In this document: piece by piece, positions 1 to 13,197 of the stretch
Position numbering within the stretch: the stretch's first letter is position 1
Layout of the letters: the number at the start of each line of letters is the position of its first letter
Made by a program: the position numbers and the translations under genes
Origin: Octopus sinensis
Taxonomy: Eukaryota
NCBI RefSeq assembly: GCF_006345805.1
Contig: NC_043010.1
Span: 6,634,001 to 6,698,000 of the forward strand
DNA: 64,000 nt
Reading direction: 5' to 3'
Notes under the pieces: generated by a model
Told to the model about the DNA's origin: nothing
Databases searched by the model: none
The model's input: the letters and a program-made list of their open reading frames with translations, nothing else

Positions 1-25
1 CCTGAATAAAATATAATAAGTACAA
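1..25 (-). other. Possible splice acceptor; an exon would continue off the window edge
   Basis: Minus strand reads cttattatattttattcag|G with CAG at 4-2. Confidence 0.3.
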
Positions 26-228
26 TACTGGTGTTTCACTGCAGGTCATCAGGCAGAAATTGTTGTTTAATTTAAGTCAGCCCTAATCATACTAACTTAT
101 GATTAAGAGGAATGAAATAGCAGTCATGAGAGTATCAGATAGAATGCCTTGTGGGGTTTACCTTGGTTCTCTATGCTCGGGGTTTAAATCTCATTGAGGT
201 CAATTTTTACCTTTCATTCTTTTGGGAG

Positions 229-647
229 TACCTCTTTTACTCTTTTACTTGTTTCAGTCATTTGACTGCGGCCATGCTGGAGCACCGCTTTTAGTCGAGC
301 AAATCGACCCTGGGACTTATTCTTTGTAAGCCTAGTACTTATTCTATCAGACTCTTTTTGCCGAACTGCTAAGTTATGGGGACGTAAACACACCATCGGT
401 TGTCAAGTGATGTTGGGAGGGGGGACAAACAGAAACCCATAAACATATACACACACATACATATATATATATATACATACATACGAGGGGCTTCTTTCAG
501 TTTCCGTCTACCAAATCCACTCACAAGGCTTTGGTCTGCCCGTGGCTATAGTAGAAGACACTTGCCCAAGTTGCCACGCAGTGGGATTGAACCCGGAACC
601 ATGTGGTTGGTAAGCAAGCTACTTACCACACAGCCACTCCTGTACCT
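229..647 (-). mobile_element. SINE family A (tRNA-like head, CORE-like ACCTTGGGCAAG motif, internal CA/TA microsatellite, GAGTAAAA tail)
   Basis: Head GGAGTGGCTGTGTGGTAAGTAGC...GGTTCAATCCC has A and B boxes; near-identical copies recur across the window. Confidence 0.9.
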
Positions 648-703
648 ATATTGATGAAAATAAATGCACCAATCCAGGACCGTAGATTTGGTGTGACTGA
701 AAT

Positions 704-930
704 GTGCAGGCGTGGTTGTCTGGTCGAAAAGCTTACTTCCCAACTATGTGGTCTTGGATTCAGTCCTACTGGGTCATATCTTCTACTATAGCTCTGGGCC
801 TACTAAAGGTTTGTGAGTGGATTTGGCAAAAAGAAACTGAAAATAAACCTCTTGTATAATGTGTGTGTGCAATGTGTGTGTGTGTGTTTGCATACATGTG
901 TGTGCATGTGTATGTGTTTACATGTACCTT
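704..930 (+). mobile_element. SINE A, diverged 5' half
   Basis: Similarity to the family A head and core. Confidence 0.7.
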
Positions 931-1039
931 TACCTTGCAATTATATGATGCTTGTAAAGAAGCATCACCAACATACAAGCAGCGTTGTTCATTTCCAGTT
1001 TGCTGTGTAAAACATATCAGGCCAAGGGAAAATGTTACT

Positions 1040-1175
1040 TTGCTTGGAAAGAAACAAGGGTTGGTAACAAGAAAGGCATCCAGCCATATAAAATCTGCTT
1101 CAATAAATTCTGTCCGACCCACGCAAGCATGGAAGAGCAAATGTTAAATGATGATGATGATGATAACGATGATGT
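1040..1175 (+). mobile_element. Family E-related 3' tail fragment
   Basis: aaggcatccagc...gcatggaagagcaaatgttaaatgatgatg. Confidence 0.6.
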
Positions 1176-1401
1176 AAGAATGTCACGCTGATGCCTTGTG
1201 GTATTTGTCCTGGTTCTTCAGTATTAGACTTATGCTGTTCAGTTTAGCATCAACATCAAGTAGTTTGGGTGCCTTTAGCACAATCCGTTATGTTGTCATC
1301 AGCCCAAAAATTCTATGGATTTCTTCTAAACTAATTATTTTCCAGCTATAAAAAATATCTTGTTTCATAAAATGTTCAGTTTTTACCCTTGGGTTATGAT
1401 T

Positions 1402-1706
1402 GTAGAGGCACATGGCCTTGTGGTTAGGGCAGCGGACTCGCGGTTGAGAGATCGTGGGTTCGAATCTCAGACCGGGTGATGTGTGTGTTTATGAGCGAAA
1501 CACCTAAGCTCCGCACGGCTCTGGCAGAAGGTAATGGCAAACTTCTGTTGACTCTTTCACCACAACTTTCTCTCATTCTTTCCTCCTGCACCTTGCAGCT
1601 CACTTGCAATGGACTGGCGTCCCGTCTGGGTGAGGAACCTATATGCCAAGAAAACCGGGAAACCAGCCCTATGAGCCAGGCATGGCTCGAGAAGGAGAAT
1701 GGTTTA
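1402..1706 (+). mobile_element. SINE family C (tRNA-Arg-like head) with V-domain-like tail
   Basis: Head ...TGGTTAGGGCAGCGGACTCGCGG...GGTTCGAATC; tail contains GCAATGGACTGGCGTCCCGTC. Confidence 0.8.
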
Positions 1707-1989
1707 TGATCACCTAAGACTAGAAGTTTTAAGACTTTCGAAATAAGTAAGCAAATAAATAAATGTATATGCATATTCTATGTACCTGCTTTCATATTCC
1801 TTAATTGCAAATTCAAACTTTTAATCCAACTAAATATAAAGAAATGGTTATCTCCTTCTTACTATCTGTCTGCTTGGGGGCTCCATGCATTTAAATCAAG
1901 ACCATTCATTATTACTTTATGGAAGAATTTTCTCTTCATTATGTTGCAAAGATATTGCTTACTAATGATTTTCAATATTGGAGAAAGCC

Positions 1990-2170
1990 TCAGATTTGGT
2001 AGGAGAGAAAAAGTCAATTATATCGACTCAATATTTGAATGCTACTTTATATTAATATCCCTGCAGGGATGGAAAACAAAGGTTACCTCAGCTAAATTTG
2101 AACTCAAAATGTAAAGAGCTGGAACAAATGCTGCAAGAAATTTTGTCCAATGCTATATTAAATTCTGCCA
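1990..2170 (-). mobile_element. SINE B, degenerate
   Basis: aatttgaactcaaaatgtaaag...aattctgcca. Confidence 0.6.
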
Positions 2171-2384
2171 AATGTTATCTTAATAAACCTTTCCTAACTC
2201 TTGACAGTCTATAAATTAAAATATCTGGACATTGTATCTCATTAGAAATATAGTCATGTGAGGGTTAAAGTTGTTTACATTTTTCATCTTTTTAATTTGC
2301 TAAGTGTTGAGGTGGGGGCAGAGTCCAATGCTTTTACAGGACATTTCACACTGATGTGATAAATGCTATTGATATTTCACTTAA

Positions 2385-2560
2385 ATTAAGGCAACGAGCA
2401 AACAGAATCGTTTGCATGTCAGGTAAAATACTTGGTGCCATTCTGTCCATCTTTACGTTCTGAGTTCAAATTGCATGGAGGTTGGCTTTGCCTTTCATCC
2501 CTTCCAAAGCTGATAAAATTAGTACCAGCTGAGCACTAGAGTCGATGTAATCAACTTTGA
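2385..2560 (+). mobile_element. SINE B, degenerate
   Basis: ttctgagttcaaatt...tttgcctttcatcc...agtaccag. Confidence 0.7.
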
Positions 2561-2743
2561 AACCAATTTTTCACTTAAATTGTTGTGAGGTATTTTCTGC
2601 AGAAAAGACATGAGCAGAAAGAAATCTCTAGAAACTTGACATTTTTGACAGAAAGGACTGTACACAGGGATTAGAACAGGGCCTGGTGTGGTTGAACATA
2701 ACATGGGTGACAAGAGGAGATGTAAATGAATTAGGTATAGCTC

Positions 2744-2984
2744 CGAGCTGGCAAAGGCGGCGAGCTGGCAGAAACGTTAGCACGCCGGGCGAAATGCTTG
2801 GCGGTGTTTCGTCTGCCGTTGCGTTGTGAGTTCAAATTCCGCCAAGGTCGACTTTGCCTTTCATCCTTTCGGGGTCGATAAATTAAGTACCAGTTATGCA
2901 CTGGGGTCGATGTAATCGACTTAATACCTATGTCTGTCCTTGTTTGTCCCCTCTATGTTTAGCCCCTTGTGGGTAATAAAGAAA
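2744..2984 (+). mobile_element. SINE family B, full length, 12-bp TSD
   Basis: TSD taggtatagctc at 2732-2743 and 2985-2996; A and B boxes present; the 5' cgagctggca is duplicated. Confidence 0.9.
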
Positions 2985-3929
2985 TAGGTATAGCTCAGAG
3001 GATGTGACATGAGACAGCCAATCTCTGAAGATCAGAAACCATTTTAGCAGCAATAGAAGAGACAGAGGGAGGAAACATCAGGTCAATATTTTACAGCAAA
3101 CATGTTGTAGATATCTTCCTTAGTAATGCCAGGGTGGAGTTCCCACCATTTCCAGTATCGCAAGTTTCACAAAAAGCAAGTATATTATTCTAATGGTAAA
3201 TTGATTTCAAAGCACTCCCACCTCTATTCTAGTGCCTGGTTGTCAGTATTTCAAGCAGTTTTGTTGTTTTGCCCCCGGTCAGTACTGGTCATTCAGATCT
3301 ATGAACAAACGGCATTCTGTCCTTTTTTTGTTTCCCAAATGCTGTGTATCTACGATTGTATGTCTTCCTTTTTAAAGACTGATTTCAAATCAGACTCTGT
3401 TATTAGTTGTAGGTTAAATAACTGCAAAGAAGCTCCCTTGTTAGCGCTAAAAAGCCCTGGATATCACATTTCTCCTATATTTATCCTTTGTCGTCAATAG
3501 AACTAAATACCAATAGAGAGAAAGCCAGTGATTACATGATCCAATCGACTCTATTCATTCTGTTGTTGTTTAGCCCCAGGTCAGCCACAATCAAGTAAAC
3601 CTCTGATCAAAGATATTCAAGTCCTGATGATGTCTTCTTGTATATCTGAGACTACATTGTTCTGTGTGTATTTGACATTTGACATCCACCCAAATACTGG
3701 AGTAATTCCATGGCATTATGGGTTTAATAGCACACTTGCTAAATATAAAAACTGACCAGAAAGGCATGCACACATACATGCATGCAAGTGCACACACATG
3801 CACGCATACACACACACACATACACACTCACAAAATGGACCCAGGATTTCATTCATGATTGTAAAACAAACTTATTAACAAAACAGCTGTCTGCATCCAC
3901 TTAATATCTACATACATATAGGGACATTA

Positions 3930-3944
3930 AAACATAAACATGTG

Positions 3945-4001
<57 letters not shown>

Positions 4002-4133
4002 ATACATAATATACATATATATGCAGACAGACATATATATATACATGCATATATATATATATATATATATAAATATATATATGCATGAATATACACATAC
4101 ATACATACATATACATATATACATTCATACATT

Positions 4134-4165
<32 letters not shown>

Positions 4166-4586
4166 TACATACATACAAACATACATACATACATACAAAC
4201 ATACATACATACATACATACATACATGCATGCATGCATACATACATACATACATACATACATACATACATACATACATACATACATACAAACATACATAC
4301 ATACATACAAACATACATACATACATACACACACACACATACATACATACAAACATACATACATACATACATCCATACATACATACATACATACATACAT
4401 ACATACAAACATACATACATACATACATACATACATGCATGCATGCATGCATACATACATACATACATACATACATACATCCATACATACATACATACAT
4501 ACATACATGCATACATACATACATCCATACATACATACATACATACATACATAATACATACATACATACATACATACATACATACA

Positions 4587-4622
<36 letters not shown>

Positions 4623-4650
4623 TATATACACACACACATATACACACACA
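3930..4650. repeat. Compound (TA)n/(TG)n/(CATA)n microsatellite
   Basis: Seen directly; source of the MYVC/HTYI ORFs. Confidence 0.95.
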
Positions 4651-4929
4651 TTATGGTCAAATGGTTGAGAAGCTAAGAAGCTTGTTTCCCAACCACATGG
4701 TCTGGCGTTCAATCTCATTGCACAGCAGTTTGGGTAAAAGTAATTTTCTTTCATAAATATGAATCTGTATGTTTGTGTTATTCTTTATGATTATATATGT
4801 GTCTCAGTTTTTATATGTGTATATCTCTATGTGTCTTTTTATACATGTGTGTGTGACTAAGGTGTAGTTATTATATTTATATCCAATATTGGACTTACAC
4901 TTAGGTACAAGGACAGCAATTTTGTAGGA

Positions 4930-5104
4930 GGAGGGTAAGGGGATTACATCGACTCCAGTACTCCACCAGTACTTATTTTATCGACCCTGCAAGGACGAAA
5001 CGCAAAGTCGACCTTGATGGAATCTGAACTCAGAATGTAAAGACTAACAAAATTCTGTAAGCATTTCATTTGGAGTGCTAATGATTCTGCCAGCTTTCCA
5101 CCTT
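4930..5104 (-). mobile_element. SINE B, degenerate
   Basis: gattacatcgactccagta...aaagtcgacc...attctgccagc. Confidence 0.7.
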
Positions 5105-5269
5105 AATTAATAACCCGGGCAGTCTCTGCATTTGTCCCGCCCCAACTGTCTCCTATACAGACATGTACAACAGAACCCAAAATACCACCATCATAAATGC
5201 ATTGTCCAAGGTAGACTGCTCCCTCACCCTATCCTCTTAGCTACACTACTGGATAGAGAAGGAGGATAA

Positions 5270-5410
5270 AGCTCCTTCCTGAGTCATATTGATTCATAGG
5301 GCTACTTTACTGGTTTCTGAAATGTATATATTCTCTCCTGGATGGGACACTAGTCCATTGCAGGAATAGTCACTTTTGCCAGCTGAGTGGACTGGAGCAA
5401 CACAGTCCAT
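5270..5410 (-). mobile_element. Family D core joined to the V-like tail
   Basis: ccagctgagtggactggagcaac (D core) next to the reverse complement of the 1600-1700 tail. Confidence 0.55.
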
Positions 5411-5688
5411 TTGTCCATGTGTGTCAATTACCATGTCCTTCACATTGATTGAGTTAAACTGATGCTATGGTAAAAAAAACCTTTACTCAAGATTTCACAT
5501 GGTAGTATTGAACCTGAGATCTCATGACTGTAAAGCAAACTTCTTAAACATTCACCTGATATCCATACAATAAAATTATTCAAAAATGTCTCAAAAGTAA
5601 TTTCTTTTTTACTTACATGTATTTTTTTTTTCAGAAAAAATTCCTTCCAGAAATGATTTGTCTCTTGCTGAGGTTGGTAAGATTATAA

Positions 5689-5948
5689 TTAAGAATAATT
5701 ATTCGGTATTGGCGGAAGTGGTTTTGATAAGAATGTATTGCCACCAGTTGATTTTGTTGATGGTTGCTTCTGAATTTGAGTTGTTTGTCTTGGGTTACTG
5801 CTAATACTACTACTATTGCTGTTACCAATTTTAAAAGACTTTAAGTCGACTGTGTTATTGTAGTTGGTGGGCTGATGAGGATTGCTTAAAAAGAAATTTC
5901 TGGAATCTGCATGATTTGAAGTCCTTGTGTTGTGGTCATTTCTAAAAC
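5689..5948 (-). CDS. Stop-containing coding exon of the same gene (phase 1 start)
   Basis: Acceptor atttatttatttcag|GT at 5951-5949. Only the phase-1 frame is long, matching the upstream exon: (C)FRNDHNTRTSNHADSRNFFLSNPHQPTNYNNTVDLKSFKIGNSNSSSISSNPRQTTQIQKQPSTKSTGGNTFLSKPLPPIPNNYS*, TAA at 5691-5689. Confidence 0.65.
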
Positions 5949-6094
5949 CTGAAATAAATAAATTAATATGTGTGAATAGATAAATAAAATGATATAAAAA
6001 AAATAGAAGAGTAACAAAATTTTAAAAAGCAGCACGAAATATTTTTCTTGAATATTTAAAATTTTTTAAAGAAATCATATTTGAAGAATATATA

Positions 6095-6458
6095 AGACGT
6101 AGCTGTGTGGTTAAAAAAGGTTGCTTTGCAACCATGTGGCTTTGGGTTCAGTCCCACAACCTGGTACCTTGGGTAGTAAGTGTCTTTTACTGTAGCTTTG
6201 GGCCAACCAATGCCTAGTGAATGAATTTGGTACATGGAAACTGGTTGGAAGACCTTTGTGAATGTGTGTGTGTGTGTATGCATGTGTGTGTGTGTGTGTG
6301 CATGTGCCTGTTTTTGTCCCCACTTCCACTACTTGACAACCGGGGCTGGTTTGTTTGTATCTCCATAATTTGACAGTCCATAAAGTTTAACAGGATAAGA
6401 ACCAAACTTTAGAAATAAGTACTAAGAGCAATTTGTTCAACTAAGAAACCCTTCAAGG
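6095..6458 (+). mobile_element. SINE A, diverged
   Basis: Family A head, core and body. Confidence 0.8.
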
Positions 6459-6459
6459 G

Positions 6460-6812
6460 TCAACTGTTTCAAAAGTAAAGGTGATGCCTTAGATAGAAAT
6501 GATTACAGAGATATCAAATTGTTGGATCAAGTGATGAAAGTTACAGAGAGGGTCATAGCCCAACAAATTAGGGAGAAAGTTAGTCTAGATGAGATGCAGT
6601 TTGGTTTTGTGCCAGAGAGAAGTACCACTGATGCTATATTTCTGGTAAGGCAGCAGCAGAAGAAGTGTCTATCCAAAGACAAACCTCTGTACTTGGCTTT
6701 TGTTGACATGTAGAATGCCTTTGACAGGGTCCCTGATCCCTTAACTGGTGGTCAATGCAGAAACTAGGGATACATGAGTGGTTGGTGAGAGCTGTACATA
6801 TCATGCATGTGT
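6460..6812 (+). mobile_element. RTE-clade LINE reverse transcriptase fragment (decayed)
   Basis: KGDALDRNDYRDIKLLDQVMKVTERVIAQQIREKVSLDEMQFGFVPERSTTDAIFLVRQQQKKCLSKDKPLYLAFVDM*NAFDRVP; stop at 6711-6713 and a downstream frameshift. Confidence 0.9.
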
Positions 6813-6854
6813 AGGGATGTTGTCCCTACTTACCACACAGCCACTCCTACACCT

Positions 6855-6880
6855 ATGTGTATATATATATATATCTATAT

Positions 6881-6932
<52 letters not shown>

Positions 6933-6949
6933 ATATATATAATATATAT

Positions 6950-6997
<48 letters not shown>

Positions 6998-7032
6998 TAT
7001 ACATATATATGTATGTATGTATATGTATATAT
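6855..7032. repeat. (TA)n microsatellite
   Basis: Seen directly. Confidence 0.95.
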
Positions 7033-7569
7033 TTCTATTCTGTCTTCACAGTTCTGAAGTTGAACCACACCAGCACCTCTTCCAATTAAACAAAACATAT
7101 GTCTAACACCAGAAGAGTTGCATTGTCTACACAGACGAGTGTTATTCAACTTCAGTGTAGATCGGCCAACAAATACTACCTCAGCCATCACGTCTATACA
7201 TCTGTCAATATTTAGAGTAAATTAAATGAACTATTATGAAAGAGCCAATTTTACCATCTAAAGACACACAAAACAGTGAAATTTACTTTTCATTTATCAG
7301 TTGAGATGTCAGATTTGAACAAATATTTCAATAAATAAATAAAAATTTCAATTTGATATTTTTTTTGTGTGTTTTTAGATGAGAGGCTAAAATGACTCTT
7401 TCGCCATGTAATTGTTTCAGTTTTTTTCCTAGTTGTAGATTAAGTCACTTTCCAGACAAGCACAGTACCATCATTCGCATTATAATAATTTTTATGTCTA
7501 TTTTCTGACCTTGTTCTTATTGCTGAATCATTGCCAGAACTAGAGAAGAAGTTCCAGGTGTGGAAGCAA

Positions 7570-7805
7570 GGTCAATTACCCTACTAGGACAACTACCCCA
7601 CTAGGACAATTATCCCACCAGGACAATTATCTCCTATAGGACAATTTCCCCCAATGACAACTACCTCCTATGATAATTACCCCCTCTTGGTTAATTACCC
7701 TCTCTCCAATATATTAAGAAGTTTTAAATCATCATCTGTTGTCCTCAGGGCTAATTGTCATTGGTGAGGGTGATTATTGTCTATGGTGGGCAAATGTCCT
7801 AGACT
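7570..7805. mobile_element. Foldback/MITE-like element with tandem subterminal GGACAATTAYCCC repeats
   Basis: About seven 16-17 bp units on the left; inverted units (gggctaattgtc, aaatgtcc) on the right. Confidence 0.55.
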
Positions 7806-9060
7806 CCTATTTTCTCAGGTTTGCAAGTTTTGGATAGATGTTCTCCAACACTGGTTTGCCATTTATTGGATTTTTTAAATCTCTTTTATGAAGTTCAGCA
7901 TCAAGAGATCAGCTTTCACCATTTCACTTCTGCCCATGTTTTCATCAATTTTCCTCTACCGGTTCCTTCCACATATAGTTTTTGGCCATTTTATACCCTA
8001 TATCATTATTAATACAAGTTTATATTTAGTATAACTGACATAAATAAATTAAAACCATTTCTCTTTTCAGCTTTCTACTTCTTCAAATACACCCAAACAA
8101 ATACGAAAAGCTACATGAATCAACATAATTTGGTTGATGCTGGATTAAGCTTATAATCTGTAGAAATGTTTTTACAGCTATGTCTGTAGAAAGTAGCGTT
8201 CAATAATAAAAGAAATTTGAAAACTATATTTTGATAAAAATATACTATAATCAGAATTTTAAAGAATTTTCTAGACAGAGGAGACAAATAATTGCTTTCT
8301 TTTAGTAAAATTAATAAACTAATTGATAAGCAGCTTTCATTTTAGTATACATGTATTATATATCTGTACCTATGCAACCATTTCTCAGACAAACTACAGC
8401 TGATAGAATATTTCTCTCTCTACTAATTTGTACCATATTGCTTAAGCAGGTTAACTTTATAACTCCAGTTGCCCATGTTTACATCATTTTTTTTCAACTT
8501 TCATTCATCTATTGTGCTTATATCTCTCACCACCATGTAGTATTATTGTTTGTATGGAATGATAAATACATGAAGTGTTTTTATACAAAGAATCATTTAA
8601 TACTCTCGTCATGATTTCCATCACATGCTTTCTATGAAACCTACTACACTACAACAAGACTGCTATGTCTAACAGTGGATTTTACTCGGTCAGTTGACCT
8701 TCAAGAGATAACAGCCAAATATCCCTCTTTTTATATCATCTCTATCATCTTTAAAATGGCTATGCAAAAATATGGACTAGTGTCATGGTTGGTATGGTTT
8801 GAGCATTGGTCAATTCAATAAGGACATGCCAGGGGCTAAACAGTGGCAATACCAAGAACAATAACATCACTTGATGATTTATTGTGAATATTGACTGATA
8901 TTGATTGAATATTGCCAAGTGTGAACAACTTTAATTAATGTGGTAAAGTGAAAATAATTTTTAATCTTTTGAAAATATAACCATAATAAGAAAAAAATGC
9001 TATAAATTAACGAGAATTACTCTCAGAACACACAAGGGAAAGAACTCTTAAAATTTCAGT

Positions 9061-9279
9061 TACTCTTTTACTCTTTTACTTGTTTCAGTCATTTGACTGC
9101 AGCCATGCTGGAGCACCGCCTTTAGTCGAGCAAATCGACCCCGGGACTTATTCTTTGTAAGCCCAGTTCTTAGTCTATTGGTCGCTTTTGCCGAACCGCT
9201 AAGTGACGGGGACGTAAACACACCAGCATTGGTTGTCAAGCAATGCTAGGGGGACAAACACACACACATACACACACAC

Positions 9280-9312
<33 letters not shown>

Positions 9313-9484
9313 CATATATACAACAGGCTTCTTTCAGTTTCCGTCTACCAAATCCACTCACAAGGCATTAGTCGGCCCGGGGCTATAGCAGAAGACACTT
9401 GCCCAAGATGCCATGCAGTGGGACTGAACCCAGAACCATGTGGTTGGTTAGCAAGCTACATACCACACAGCCACTCCTGTGCCT
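9061..9484 (-). mobile_element. SINE A, full length
   Basis: Near-identical to 229-647. Confidence 0.9.
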
Positions 9485-10029
9485 AAAAGTTGAACTAAAA
9501 TTGACTGGAGAAATGCTGATTAAGAGGAGAAAGTCTGATCACTCATTGCTATGACAACAACTCCAAATATATTTTGGTTTTATCAAACCTTCTCAGTAAA
9601 AAAACCACTGAACAAAAAGAGGATTTAGTTTTTAGATTGAAAACGATTCACTGATTTAGTGAGTTTAAATAATGACATAAATAATTTTTCTATGTGTACA
9701 TATTGCATGGAAAACATATAGTTAAGTGCAGTTTGCAATACTTAATGTGGTGAGCTACAAATTAGTTCCAATTAATTAAAGCTGTATTGGAAAGAAAAGT
9801 CATTAATATTAATGAAAATTATTGCTTAAAAGAAGGGAGAAACTGCAGGAATTTTAATTGATCGAAAATTGGTCAGCAGGTGGTAGAAGTCTGATGAAAA
9901 TGTGACCAGAGTTATTATGATAGTTACCACAAAACATATTCATCGATCAGTGTAAACTAAATTATTTTCTCATATATAAACTGATTTTTGCAATGGTGTA
10001 TAGTAATATTCTTGCATAAAAGCAGAAAC

Positions 10030-10371
10030 TTTGTTTACTGATCCATCAATTTATATATTTGCCTGTTTGTTTGCCTGTCTGCCTGCCTGTCTGCTTGCCT
10101 GTCTGTCTGTTTCTCTGTCTGTCAGTCTATCTATGTATCTGTCTATGTATGTATGTATCTATCTATCTATCTACCTGTCCGTCTGTCACTGTATCTGTCC
10201 ATCTGTCACTGTATCTGTCTGTCTGTCTGCTTGTCTCTCTCTCTCTCCCTCTTTCTCTCTATCTACCTATCTATCTGTTTCTCTGTCTGTCACTGTCTGT
10301 CTATCTATCCATCCATCCATCCACCCATCTATCAATCGGTCCGTCTGTCTGTCTGTCTGTCAGTCTGTCTG

Positions 10372-10422
<51 letters not shown>

Positions 10423-10428
10423 CTCTAT

Positions 10429-10474
<46 letters not shown>

Positions 10475-10615
10475 GTCTATCTATCTATCTATCTATCTCT
10501 ATCTATCTCTCTCTATCTATCTATCTCTATCTATCTCTCTCTATCTATCTATCTCTATCTATCTCTCTCTATCTATCTCTCTATCTATCCAGCCATAGCT
10601 AGATAGATAGATAAA
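10030..10615. repeat. Compound (CTGT)/(CTAT)/(CT) microsatellite
   Basis: Seen directly. Confidence 0.95.
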
Positions 10616-11504
10616 CATTTCTCTCTCTTTCTCTGTATGTGTATGTGAGCATATATGTGTCTCTGTGTGTGTGTCCGTCCGTCCGTGTGTATGTGTATGT
10701 GTATGTGTATGTGTGTGTATGTGAGTCTATGTGTGTGTGTGTGTACATGTATTCATACATACGTACACACACACACATGCATAAATATATTATAGAAGCA
10801 TTTCCATTATTAGCCATTCTTCATTCATCAATATTGTTCTCTATACTCAGATGTTGCATTGGTCATCTCATCTCCTCTTTCATATCCCCAATGGACCTCC
10901 CCACTATCTCCCTCATGCACTATACCTGCTTCTTTCTGTCTCTCACCCAATCCTGCACCTTACACAAACATGTCTCTCTCTCTCTCTTCTCTCTCTCTCT
11001 TTCTTTCTCTCTCTCTCTCTATTGTCCTTTCCTCATCAGCCGTATCATCATTACTATCTGTTACTAGCATCTCTGTACCTTCTCCAACCCATGCTCTATG
11101 CTCCACTGGCCATCTTCCACCCTATTCCATCCATCACCTATTTTTATCCATCACCTCTTCCATCCATCACCCCTTCCATTTACTCTTCAGCCCTACCCAT
11201 TCTTTACAGATGTCACCTACACCCCATTTCTCTTATCTCTAACCCCCACCATAGACTCTTGAAAGCCCCTTCCTCCATACATTCCTAGCTTCTCTGTCCC
11301 CACTCAATACCGCTCACCTGATACAGAGAGGTGCTACCTGGACATGTAACCATCACAATTTATCGTTTTGAAGAAACTACTTAGTTCATTGTCACTTTCC
11401 CCTAAATGTGAAGAGCCATGTGGCCCCTTACTCTACCCCAACTCTTTCTCCCAAACCCTAACACCCACCGAGTATAAAGTCTTTGATTTTGCAAACTAGC
11501 AAGC

Positions 11505-11735
11505 TGAATGGTAGCCTCACTAATGCCAGTGACATGAAAAAAAGGTACCAAGTACACACTGTAAAGTGGTTGACATTAGGAAGGGCATCCAGCAGTAGAA
11601 ACCATGCCAAAGCAGTACCTAGAGCACAATGCAGTCCTGGAACCTATTAGATTCATTAGATAGAGTTGAATTCATCTCAGCATGGAACATGGATGTCAGA
11701 TGATGAAGTTGGTGATGGTGACAACAACAATGATG
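11505..11735 (+). mobile_element. Family E repeat, diverged
   Basis: gtaaagtggttgacattaggaagggcatccagc...(GAT)n tail. Confidence 0.7.
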
Positions 11736-11759
11736 ATGATGACACATACACATACATAC

Positions 11760-11888
11760 ATGTATGTATAGATAGATAGGTAGATAAATAGATAGATAGA
11801 TAGATAGGTATATCGATAGATCGATAGATAGATAAATAGACAGAGAGATAGATAGATAGATTGATAGATCAATAGATTGATCGATTGA

Positions 11889-11928
<40 letters not shown>

Positions 11929-11957
11929 TAGATAGATATATAGATAGATAGACAGAC

Positions 11958-12010
<53 letters not shown>

Positions 12011-12027
12011 CTTTGATAGATACATAA

Positions 12028-12058
<31 letters not shown>

Positions 12059-12065
12059 GATACAC
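11760..12065. repeat. (AGAT)n/(TA)n microsatellite
   Basis: Seen directly. Confidence 0.95.
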
Positions 12066-12753
12066 ATAAAATGCACATGCATATATATAGGTGTTCATGT
12101 GTGTATTATGAATGTATGTATGTATGTTTGTTTGTATATGTGCATGAATGTATGTATTGCATGGATAAATGCATAAAACCTAAGTACACAGAAAAGCAAC
12201 ACAACAAGCCATCAGCTTTTAAAGAATAAGCAAGCGCCGCACCATCTATTGAGTACTCTTACACATTTTCATGCATGTATGCACGTACACACACACAAAC
12301 ACGCACACACACACACACATATTCATATACACACATATGTATGCATGTGTAAAGTGGGTCTTCACACACATGATGCAACAAGCAAAGAAGTTTTAATTAA
12401 CGAAGATTAAATAAATTAGGAATTGATATAAATATTTAATGGTACTTTAGTCATTAGCTGGATGTAATCCCAATGATGAATTTAAATGTTGCATAAGTAG
12501 GACCCAATAAAATAAATGCTGGACAAAATACTAGGGCCAAAACTATTGACTTAACTCATAGAAGGGGGTACCCCAGCGTGGTTGCAATCCAATGACTGGA
12601 AACAGTGAAGGGCACGAAGAATACTGATATTTTGTTGCTTACAATGATAAGGTGGGTGGGGGGTTCCAGTTGATACAATCAACAGAACACCCTGCTTGTG
12701 AAGTTAGCATGCAAGCGGTTGAGTACTCCTAAGACATGTATGTACCCTTAACC

Positions 12754-12970
12754 TATTTCTTTATTACCCACAAGGGGCTAAACACAGAGGGGACAAACAA
12801 GGAGAGACATAGGTATTACATCGACCCCAGTGCGTAACTGGTACTTTAATTTATCGACCCCGAAAGGATGAAAGGCAAAGTCGACCTCGGCTGAATTTGA
12901 ACCCACAACGTAACGCAGACGAAATACCGCTTAGCATTTCGCCCGGCGTGCTAACGTTTCTGCCAGCTCG
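12754..12970 (-). mobile_element. SINE B with 9-bp TSD cccttaacc
   Basis: TSD at 12745-12753 and 12971-12979. Confidence 0.9.
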
Positions 12971-12977
12971 CCCTTAA

Positions 12978-13197
12978 CCCTTTCATTATCAACCCGGCTG
13001 AAACCGGTTCTGGCTCTGAGTAGAAATGCCTTGTTTTCGTAAGTTCTGAATTAAAACCTTCCACCAAACCTTAGTCACAATTTATGTTCCTAACACTTGC
13101 TTAATGATAACGAAGTTATTTTACTAAATATTTTGTTATATTTAAAGTAATTGAAAGAAATACAGAGCATCTCAAAATAAATACAGTAACGAAAGGG
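12978..13197. mobile_element. piggyBac-type MITE (TTAA target site, CCCTTTCRTTA TIRs)
   Basis: TTAA|CCCTTTCATTAT ... GTAACGAAAGGG|TTAA; 220 bp, non-coding. Confidence 0.75.

Noticed and set aside
3901-4756. Long ORFs of 147-248 aa (MYVC/HTYI repeats); similar ones at 10031-10606, 11619-12098, 16030-17183, 36404-37168 and 44707-49374
   Set aside because: They are translations of stop-free microsatellites, open in several frames on both strands.
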